NCBI GenBank assembly: GCA_018664825.1
Contig: JABJNO010000023.1
Coordinates: 1-51,644, forward strand
DNA from: Candidatus Parcubacteria bacterium
GTDB taxonomy: Bacteria > Patescibacteriota > Patescibacteriia > UBA1558 > GWA2-36-10
Length of the DNA stretch: 51,644 nucleotides
Direction: 5' to 3'
This document shows positions 1 to 8,087 of this stretch, piece after piece. The notes beneath the pieces were generated by a model, which had not been told where the DNA came from, made no database searches, and worked only from the letters and a program-made list of their open reading frames with translations. Position 1 is the stretch's first letter. Every line of letters starts with the position of its first letter. The translations under genes were made by a program, and so were the position numbers.

Positions 1-815
<815 letters not shown>

Positions 816-904
816 AATCTAGTAAACTAGATTATATTAGAATTTGAGTCTTATGACTCTATAAACTTAAAAAAAATTGAAATTGATTGAGAACCAATCA
901 CTTC

Positions 905-920
905 TAAATTGTCAAAATGC
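905..920 (-). promoter_or_regulatory. boxA-like antitermination element in the rRNA leader
   Basis: Minus strand GCATTTTGACAATTTA between the promoter and the mature 16S 5' end; resembles E. coli boxA TGCTCTTTAACAATTTA. Confidence 0.55.
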
Positions 921-1066
921 TTTTTCTTGCCATTTTTGAATTCAAGAAAAAACAGCAAAGTCTGAAAATTTCAGACACTACTGCCTTTTCTCGTCATAGG
1001 CAACTCTTTTATGTTGTATATCAATCAGCTACGAAAGATTTGTACACTTAAAATTAATGCTTCACA

Positions 1067-1095
1067 ATGATAGGGCAAAATCAAACATTTGTCAA
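1067..1095 (-). promoter_or_regulatory. sigma70 promoter of the rRNA operon
   Basis: Minus strand TTGACA-17 nt-TATCAT about 250 nt upstream of the 16S. Confidence 0.8.
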
Positions 1096-1113
1096 GCCTT
1101 TTGAGACAAAAAT

Positions 1114-1148
1114 AAAAGGGGCATCTCAATTAGAGATGCCCCTGTTTT
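1114..1148 (-). terminator. Intrinsic terminator of the 3750-1160 operon
   Basis: GGGGCATCTC/GAGATGCCCC 10-bp inverted repeat with A/T tracts, just past the stop at 1160. Confidence 0.85.
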
Positions 1149-1159
1149 ACTAGCTTTTG

Positions 1160-2809
1160 CTAGTTTAAAAGAGCAATTGGTCGCTGGCTACTGCCATTGA
1201 CCAACAAAATACCTTCCGAAGAAGCGGATTTGTTGGATTCGATGTCCCCATAAAGATAGAGCATCCGATCCCAACCATCGCACTTATCAGGGTAAATACC
1301 TCCCAAATAGTGGAGTTTGATCTCCATTCCTGCTTCGACCAGTGCTTCGCCAGCATGGACGATCAGCTCACTGGGTCGTTCCGGATTGAGGTCCGGAATG
1401 GTCCAGTACCAGCTACTGCCGTCAGCGTATTTGAATTCGACAACGACATCAGCTCGGTCAGCATTGGCTACATCAAACTTCATCAAGAAGCTAATATAAT
1501 AACGCTGAGTTTGATACGGAACATGCGACAGGCCATTTGAGTCTACGGCCTGACTAGGACCAACCTTGAGAGCCTTCTGTTCTCCGAAAGATTCGGCATA
1601 ATAGGTCAAGGCCCTCTCCCAGACTGTATCCGTTGCCACCAAACCATTGGCATCAATGACCTCAACTTCGAAAAGCTGATCGTCAGGAGAACCCTTGATA
1701 CCGTGATAGAGATCTCCCCAATAATCAGTAAGAGCTTGACGCTCACCGTCAACGATCTCATACCAATTGATATCAACAATAGGCGCGTCGCCAGATGTTG
1801 TATCAGCTTCAAGTGTGAAGTGGAACGGTGCATAGTCCCGATGATTATCTGAGATCAAATTGACCCTAGGGCCCACTGGACCATCCGGAGGAGTTACAGT
1901 CACAGGACCATAGCCATTGACTCGCATCAAGCCATTTACAATGACCCGACACTCAAGCTCATCTTGTCCCAAGGTGGTAGGCGTGTAAGTGATGTGATCA
2001 CTGTAGCCCTTGAAATCTCCAGTAGAAACTTCATACCACTCAAGGGTGTACTCACCGATGAGATTGTGCACATCGACATGTGCAGTTGTGCTTTTTCCAA
2101 GTTGGAACTCTTTGGGAGTTACCGAAACATCGGCTCTTGGATCATCAAAGGCATCCGCCGGATTGACGGTCAGTGTCTTTGTCTGACCAGCGACAAAATT
2201 GTCCTGGTAAAAAACATGGACACTAATAGACGGAAAACCAGGATTGTCAAAAATCAATTCGACATCACGACCCTGGGCAATGGGATTATCAAAATCTCCA
2301 GTGAGATACCAAAGGATAGTATCCGATTCACTCCCATCTACATCAGCTTGAAAATAGAAGGGGTCGCCGGCCTTACCAACGTGTCGACCTGATATATCTA
2401 CTGTTGCCGGATGAACATAGCCATCCGGAGCCTCTCCAGTCAAAATGACTGTAGCCTGAGCAGACCGACTTTCCTTGTCGCTGACAGAATCAATGACAAA
2501 GACAGTTACAGTGTCAGGGCCAACGCTCTCAAAAACATAATAGATGGATTCAGTGGTACCAATGATGGTGCCATCGTTTTTCCTCCAACTGTAATCGAGA
2601 GTACCTTCGGCACCCTCAACATCGGCATCGCCTCCGGTGTTTCTGCCGATAGTATCAGAAAGCGTGCCCATCCTAATGGTCACTGTCAGCTCTGCCGGAT
2701 CATCCTCGATGACCGGGGCTACAAGATTCATAGGCGCCTCACTTTCGCAGGCACCCAAGAAAAACAAGATTGCCATCATGGGCAAAGCCCAATATTTGAT
2801 CTTCATCAT
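1160..2809 (-). CDS. Putative lipoprotein with about four PKD/Ig-like repeats (549 aa)
   Basis: Signal peptide with lipobox LGA-C; about 90-aa repeated units with P..V.I...A.V.G...Y/W.W pattern; SD AGGAGG; GC-richer than flanks. Confidence 0.75.
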   Translation of the reverse strand: MMKIKYWALPMMAILFFLGACESEAPMNLVAPVIEDDPAELTVTIRMGTLSDTIGRNTGGDADVEGAEGTLDYSWRKNDGTIIGTTESIYYVFESVGPDTVTVFVIDSVSDKESRSAQATVILTGEAPDGYVHPATVDISGRHVGKAGDPFYFQADVDGSESDTILWYLTGDFDNPIAQGRDVELIFDNPGFPSISVHVFYQDNFVAGQTKTLTVNPADAFDDPRADVSVTPKEFQLGKSTTAHVDVHNLIGEYTLEWYEVSTGDFKGYSDHITYTPTTLGQDELECRVIVNGLMRVNGYGPVTVTPPDGPVGPRVNLISDNHRDYAPFHFTLEADTTSGDAPIVDINWYEIVDGERQALTDYWGDLYHGIKGSPDDQLFEVEVIDANGLVATDTVWERALTYYAESFGEQKALKVGPSQAVDSNGLSHVPYQTQRYYISFLMKFDVANADRADVVVEFKYADGSSWYWTIPDLNPERPSELIVHAGEALVEAGMEIKLHYLGGIYPDKCDGWDRMLYLYGDIESNKSASSEGILLVNGSSQRPIALLN

Positions 2810-2817
2810 GGGACCTC

Positions 2818-3750
2818 CTAAAAAGTGAGGATGTTCAAACGAACACCCAGGTTGATGGTCGGCTCGACTCTACGATCTTGATTTAAGCGATCAAAGTATT
2901 GAATACCTACTGTCAAATGAATGCGATAGCTTTTCTCACACCACATCAGACCAGCTGTTGGGCCAAAGCCCTGTTGGATATAGCTACCAAAAGTTTCGAT
3001 AGATTCACTGGCGTAGATAACCCTAGCCATATAACCAAGCTTACCACCATTGGGAAAATAAATTCCCGATCCAGCAAAAAACTTTTGATCAGTACCTCCA
3101 GTTGGTAGATAACCACCCGTCAGACTGAGCATATGATTCTTCCCTGGAAACTCCAGAGAGAAAATCGGTACAGTCACAGGCTTGCCATCAGATACCACAG
3201 TACTTTCGCCACCTACCAAAAGATTTTTGGTCGAACCCACTACGTAAAGAGTATCAACGCGACTGACATGGGTAGTGTCACGCCGACCCTTTGCAGATTC
3301 AGGATAGCCTTCAAAATAAATTTCGACAAAGGCATTGTCCTTGTCACGCAAAGGGACATAGCGATAAGCATTTCGCTCTAGGCCCTTGTCCGTCATCAGA
3401 CGAGCTACGTTTTGCATTCGAGCAACATTGAGTGAGGCGTCAAAAAGCATGTCCAAAAAGTGAAAATTAAGAATACTCACTTTTTCCTGCTTTTCTAGCC
3501 AGTTGACGATATCTTGTTCTGTGGGGCCATTGTAGACATCCACACAAAAGACACCTGTGCTATCGTTGACCGCTTGGATCTTTTGATCGACCCAGTCAGG
3601 CCAATCGACATTGTCGATCTTCAAACTTTCGCCGGTATCATCCGACCCTAGTTTGATCACCATCCTTTGACTGTCCTCTTCGACTGCCAAAGCTGCTCCA
3701 CTGATCAAAAAGATGATCAGAAGCATCAAAACTCCACACCTGTTGGCCAT
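2818..3750 (-). CDS. Secreted hypothetical protein with beta-strand-rich C-terminus ending in Phe (310 aa)
   Basis: Hydrophobic signal peptide (..GAALA), alternating-residue beta strands in the C-terminal third, terminal ..LGVRLNILTF; SD AAGGAG. Confidence 0.7.
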   Translation of the reverse strand: MANRCGVLMLLIIFLISGAALAVEEDSQRMVIKLGSDDTGESLKIDNVDWPDWVDQKIQAVNDSTGVFCVDVYNGPTEQDIVNWLEKQEKVSILNFHFLDMLFDASLNVARMQNVARLMTDKGLERNAYRYVPLRDKDNAFVEIYFEGYPESAKGRRDTTHVSRVDTLYVVGSTKNLLVGGESTVVSDGKPVTVPIFSLEFPGKNHMLSLTGGYLPTGGTDQKFFAGSGIYFPNGGKLGYMARVIYASESIETFGSYIQQGFGPTAGLMWCEKSYRIHLTVGIQYFDRLNQDRRVEPTINLGVRLNILTF

Positions 3751-3828
3751 TCTTATCTCCTTAATGCGGTTAAAAAAACACCACGACCAAACGACTACGC
3801 TTTCTCCTTTTGATTTGAAAGGTATTAA

Positions 3829-3920
3829 TTGTGAAAGAGCGTCCTCAAAACTTATTTTTTGAGGCTTCTTCCTGCTAATTCAGGACCGTGAAATATACCA
3901 TTTTTATAGTATTTTGTCAA
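3829..3920 (-). promoter_or_regulatory. Promoter, leader hairpins and boxA-like motif of the 3750 cassette
   Basis: TTGACA(3920-3915)-17-TATATT; hairpins CCTG/CAGG and CCTCAAAA/TTTTGAGG; then CGCTCTTTCACAA (3841-3829). Confidence 0.75.
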
Positions 3921-3972
3921 TCATAAAACCCTTTACTTGATAAAGGGCTAAAAGTTATGTTTTTATAGTGTA

Positions 3973-4542
3973 TTACTTTACTTTTTTGTACCTAAAACAC
4001 TCAATAGTATGATCATTTACCATGCCCGCTGCCTGCATAAAAGCATAGCAAATAGTACTTCCTACAAATTTAAAACCCTTTTCCTTTAAATCTAGGCTCA
4101 TTTTATCAGAAATGGCTGTTTTTGCAGGAATCTGTGACATTTTTTTAAACTTATTTTGAATTGGCTTATAGTCTACAAATTGCCAAATATACTTATCAAA
4201 ACTGCCAAATTCCTTTTTTAGTTCCAAATATCTGACTGCATTATTGATAGTAGCCAATATTTTGAGTCTATTCCTGATTATTCCAGCATCAGCCAAAAGT
4301 CTATTTATATCCCTTTGGGTAAATTCTGATATTTTTACAGGATCAAAATTGGCAAAGGCTTTTTTGAAATTTTGTCTTTTATGCAAAACAGTTCGCCAAC
4401 TCAAACCCGCCTGAAAAGCGTCCAATACAAAAAACTCAAAAAGCTTACGGTCATTGTGAAGTGGTACCCCCCACTCCTCGTCATGATATTTTATCATCAG
4501 CTGATCATCACTTGGCCACTGACAACGTTTTTGATCTGGCAT
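3973..4542 (-). CDS. tag: DNA-3-methyladenine glycosylase I
   Basis: RC.W, YHDEEWG, FQAGLSW, IIRNRLKI, FKFVG, AAGMVNDH..C family motifs. Confidence 0.95.
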   Translation of the reverse strand: MPDQKRCQWPSDDQLMIKYHDEEWGVPLHNDRKLFEFFVLDAFQAGLSWRTVLHKRQNFKKAFANFDPVKISEFTQRDINRLLADAGIIRNRLKILATINNAVRYLELKKEFGSFDKYIWQFVDYKPIQNKFKKMSQIPAKTAISDKMSLDLKEKGFKFVGSTICYAFMQAAGMVNDHTIECFRYKKVK

Positions 4543-5210
4543 TATTTTCTAAACTTAGTTTGTTTGTCTCGCCATTTTTTTATTTCTCCATGATGCCCAG
4601 AAAGTAAAACATCAGGAACTTTATATCCCTTGAATTCTTCGGGACGAGTATATTGAGGAAATTCAATGTTGAACTCGGTGGTTTTTTTGTCATACTCAGA
4701 AAAAGATTCCTCTTCTACTGATTCTTGTTTGCCTACTACTCCTGGGATCAACCTAGCTACACTATCGACTACACAAGCGGCGGCCAACTCTCCACCAGTC
4801 AATACAAAATTACCTAGCGAAATTTTCTCATCAATAAAATTGTCTATGCGCGCATCTATTGCTTCATAGTGTCCGGCAATCAAAATAATTCTTTTATACT
4901 TTGATAATCTTTTTACTTCATTTTGATTTAAAGTCTGACCACGAGGTGACATCAAAATCACGCGAGTGTTTTTATTTTTCTTTTTATAAACTTTTTTCAA
5001 AGTTTTATAAACTGGCTCAATCTGAAGTACCATGCCAGGACCACCACCATAAGGAGTATCGTCTACCGTCCTTCTCTTGTCGGTAGTCTGTTCACGGATA
5101 TCATGAGTATTTATACTTATCAGTTTATTTTTTTGAGCTCTATCCAAAATCGAACAGTTGAAATAACTATTTAGTGACTCTGGAAAAATTGTTAGAATTT
5201 CGAATTTCAT
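4542..5210 (-). CDS. trmD: tRNA (guanine37-N1)-methyltransferase
   Basis: LTIFPE, VDDTPYGGGPGM, GHYEAIDAR, SLGNFVLTGGE, PQYTRP motifs. Confidence 0.98.
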   Translation of the reverse strand: MKFEILTIFPESLNSYFNCSILDRAQKNKLISINTHDIREQTTDKRRTVDDTPYGGGPGMVLQIEPVYKTLKKVYKKKNKNTRVILMSPRGQTLNQNEVKRLSKYKRIILIAGHYEAIDARIDNFIDEKISLGNFVLTGGELAAACVVDSVARLIPGVVGKQESVEEESFSEYDKKTTEFNIEFPQYTRPEEFKGYKVPDVLLSGHHGEIKKWRDKQTKFRK

Positions 5211-5211
5211 A

Positions 5212-5643
5212 TTATTTTATATTACTCAAATCTTTAGCCAGGACAATTGGTTGCATTGCTACAATCTCATCGGTATAGCTAATTTCTGGAATATTATTTA
5301 ACAAAAATATTTTTTTATTTAAAATAAATGCAAAACCTATTTCCAAAAAGGAACTTCCTCCGATGTATCCGGAAATATTATTTTTATCTTCATTTACTAC
5401 CAAAATAGCGTCCGAAGATTCAATTTTTTTATGATGATTTATAATGGCATTATTTTTTATAACTCTATCAGCAGCGGCTTGAGTACCTTTTTCAGAATCA
5501 ATTTCTTTTTGATCAAAAATACCCTTCAAGATTTTTTCTGTACTTGCCGGCAATAAAACTTCATGCCCTAAATTTTCTAACTCCTTGGCAATTTTACCCA
5601 TTTCTTGAGAAAAGGCCAAACTACCACAAATTGTTATCTTCAT
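5212..5643 (-). CDS. Nucleoside 2-deoxyribosyltransferase-like protein
   Basis: Rossmann-like ITICGS start, SDAILVVN, GSSFLEIGFAFILNKKI matches the NDT/DMP N-glycosidase pattern. Confidence 0.6.
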   Translation of the reverse strand: MKITICGSLAFSQEMGKIAKELENLGHEVLLPASTEKILKGIFDQKEIDSEKGTQAAADRVIKNNAIINHHKKIESSDAILVVNEDKNNISGYIGGSSFLEIGFAFILNKKIFLLNNIPEISYTDEIVAMQPIVLAKDLSNIK

Positions 5644-5722
5644 AGTTTTAGATTACTATATATTTGGCAAAAACAAAAGACCGCTGAATTGCGGCCTTTC
5701 ATTTTAATATAAAATGTTCAAA

Positions 5723-6067
5723 TTATAATTTTAGATCATCTACATCAGCGTCTGTTACAGATTCAGTCACAGGTTCAATTACAGGTTCAGAACTTGCAGC
5801 TGGTGCTGGGGCATCTCCACCCTCTTTTTCTGGTTCGTAAACTTTCAAATTGACATAAGAATTGTTCTTGTTGCCAATGATACGCAAAAGTGTTCTTAGA
5901 GAACGTGCGGTTTGACCTTGCTTACCAATGATCTTACCCATTTCTTCTGGATTGACTTTCAAAGTCAATAAAACTCCTCTTTCGTCGATATTCCTTTCAA
6001 CAACTACGTCTTCTGGTTTGTCGACCAACGCTTTAACGATTGTTTCCAAAAATTCTTTATCATCCAT
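5723..6067 (-). CDS. khpA: KH-domain RNA-binding protein KhpA
   Basis: MGKIIGKQGQTARSLRTLL KH motif; directly downstream of rpsP. Confidence 0.92.
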   Translation of the reverse strand: MDDKEFLETIVKALVDKPEDVVVERNIDERGVLLTLKVNPEEMGKIIGKQGQTARSLRTLLRIIGNKNNSYVNLKVYEPEKEGGDAPAPAASSEPVIEPVTESVTDADVDDLKL

Positions 6068-6162
6068 TTCTTTGTTGGTTAATGATTTTCTTATTCAATT
6101 ATTCCTATTTAAAGAATAACTCATTTATTATATAATCGGTTGTAAATAACGTCAAGAAAATT

Positions 6163-6612
6163 TTATTTCTTTTCTTCTGCTTCGGCTGGTTTAGGCTCTT
6201 CTTTTTTAGGCTCTTCTTTTGGCTCTTCTTTCTTTTCTTCTACTTTTTCTTCGGCTGGTTTTGCTTTTTCTTCGGCTGGTTTTTCAGCTGATGCAGATTT
6301 TTCTTTTGCCTCGGCTTTGGCACCCTCTAGTTTAGCCCTTCTTTTTTTGCTAATACTAACGGATTTCTTTTTATCTCCAGTGACAATACCTGCTTTCAAA
6401 AATAAATTATGAACAGTCTCTGAGGCTTGAGCCCCATTGTCTAGCCAATGTTTTATTCGTTCTTCTTTTAGGTCTGTATCTTTTGTATGAGGATTATAGG
6501 TACCCAAAATCTCCAAATGATTCCCGTACATGTCTTTGGATTTCTCAGAAACAACAACTCTATACATTGCTAGTTTCTTTCTACCTACTCTTTGCAATCT
6601 AATAGCTAACAT
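6163..6612 (-). CDS. rpsP: 30S ribosomal protein S16 with Lys/Glu/Pro-rich tail (start corrected to 6612)
   Basis: MLAIRLQRVGRKK..YRVVV, LGTYNP, WLDNGAQASETV; the ORF-track N-terminal 30 aa are not S16-like. Confidence 0.97.
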   Translation of the reverse strand: MLAIRLQRVGRKKLAMYRVVVSEKSKDMYGNHLEILGTYNPHTKDTDLKEERIKHWLDNGAQASETVHNLFLKAGIVTGDKKKSVSISKKRRAKLEGAKAEAKEKSASAEKPAEEKAKPAEEKVEEKKEEPKEEPKKEEPKPAEAEEKK

Positions 6613-6775
6613 TTTCAATTTTAGCTTAATAATTAATTGGTATATAACGGGGTCAATATTACTATATTTGCCTTTCTTTGTCAATATCCGTGGGAAATCC
6701 ACAAAATAAGCTAGACTTTAGCTGGTATAAGGTTGTATAATACAAATCAGATAAAATAACTTAAATTGAACAAAA

Positions 6776-7615
6776 ATGAACAAAGATTTACTTATTGGAT
6801 TTATTGGTCAAGGCTTTATTGGCAAAAATTATGCCGATGACTTTGAAAACCGAAACTACAAAATTGTCCGCTATGATATAGATAGCTATGCTGATAATAA
6901 GGATAAAATCAAAGAGGCTGATATTGTCTTGATAGCCGTACCTACTCCTACAACTCCCCAGGGATTTGACTATAGCATCGTCCAAGAAGTCTTGAAATTG
7001 ATAGGCAAAGGGAAAATAGCTGTCATAAAATCTACATTACAGCTTGGCACAACTCGTAAGCTACAAGAGCTCTATCCTGATATTACTGTCATGCATTCAC
7101 CTGAATTTTTGAGAGAAGTTTCGGCTGCCGAAGATGCAAAAAAACCAAATAGAAACATTGTCGGTATTGTTGATAAAGAAAATAAAGATTTATATAAAAA
7201 AGCAGACCTTGTGATGAAAACTTTGGCCAAGGCGCCCTATGAATTGATCACTAATTCCGAAGATGCTGAAATGATAAAATATGGCGGCAATTGTTTTCTT
7301 TATACAAAAGTAATCTTTATGAACATTTTTTACGACTTGATAAATAAAAATAATCTTGATTTTGAAACTATAAAAACTGCTCTAGCGGCTGACCCTCGCA
7401 TAGGCGATAGTCATCTGGGCGTAGTCCATGATGGCGGTCGAGGTGCTGGTGGACATTGTTTTATCAAAGACTTTGAGGCTTTTATAGAAATGCTAGACAA
7501 AAACGAACTATCCGATCAAAGCAAAACTGCTCAGGAAATTCGTAATCTAAACTTAAAATATTTACGGGACTCTGGAAAAAATCTTGACCTCATAAAAGAT
7601 ATCTACGGAAAATAA
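6776..7615 (+). CDS. UDP-glucose/GDP-mannose dehydrogenase family protein, lacking the C-terminal domain
   Basis: GFIGQGFIG NAD motif, IAVPTP, IKST, HSPEFLRE, catalytic GGHCFIKD; only 279 aa. Confidence 0.85.
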   Translation: MNKDLLIGFIGQGFIGKNYADDFENRNYKIVRYDIDSYADNKDKIKEADIVLIAVPTPTTPQGFDYSIVQEVLKLIGKGKIAVIKSTLQLGTTRKLQELYPDITVMHSPEFLREVSAAEDAKKPNRNIVGIVDKENKDLYKKADLVMKTLAKAPYELITNSEDAEMIKYGGNCFLYTKVIFMNIFYDLINKNNLDFETIKTALAADPRIGDSHLGVVHDGGRGAGGHCFIKDFEAFIEMLDKNELSDQSKTAQEIRNLNLKYLRDSGKNLDLIKDIYGK

Positions 7616-7616
7616 A

Positions 7617-7655
7617 AATAAAGCCCCTCTCAATTTTGAGAGGGGCTGTTTTTTT
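7617..7655. terminator. Bidirectional intrinsic terminator
   Basis: GCCCCTCTCAA/TTGAGAGGGGC inverted repeat with A and T tracts between convergent genes. Confidence 0.85.
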
Positions 7656-7895
7656 TCAGGAAGAAGTTTCCACGGAATTGATTTCGGCGAGAGGAATCTC
7701 CTTCGCTTTTCCGCCATTAGGAATCACGCGAAATTTTTTGCCCTGCTGACAATAACTGGTAACTTTATAAACATCGATGACGTGTCCTTCCCAGGTAATG
7801 ATCCTAGGATTCTTGATAGGATTAAGGCCAGCCAAATCTTCGATGATTTGCTGTTCACGGCTAAGTTTGGCAGATGTGGGGTTAGTATTGCTCAA
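7656..7895 (-). CDS. Small hypothetical protein (79 aa, TTG start)
   Basis: SD AAGGAGG 7 nt before TTG; own promoter TTGACA(8016-8011)-17-TATACT; ends at a terminator. Confidence 0.65.
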   Translation of the reverse strand: MSNTNPTSAKLSREQQIIEDLAGLNPIKNPRIITWEGHVIDVYKVTSYCQQGKKFRVIPNGGKAKEIPLAEINSVETSS

Positions 7896-8087
7896 TTCTT
7901 ATCCTCCTTGAATGGTTTGGATTGTGAAGACCACCGGCTTGAGACTCCTTTCTTGAAAAAATAAATATTAAAGGGCTGGATTTTTCCAGTATAATTATTA
8001 TCCCTTTATTTGTCAACAGATTCGATAAACTCACTGCAAGTAAATAAAAAACCACCTAAATTGGGTGGTTTTATTTAAAATATTATT

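Noticed and set aside
1964-2828. Plus-strand ORFs of 142, 136 and 63 aa
   Set aside because: Shadow frames antisense to the 549-aa gene; no SD or family motifs.
6163-6330. Short repeats (ttcggctggttt, ggctcttctttt) at the rpsP 3' end
   Set aside because: Coding low-complexity Lys/Glu/Pro tail of S16, not an independent repeat element.
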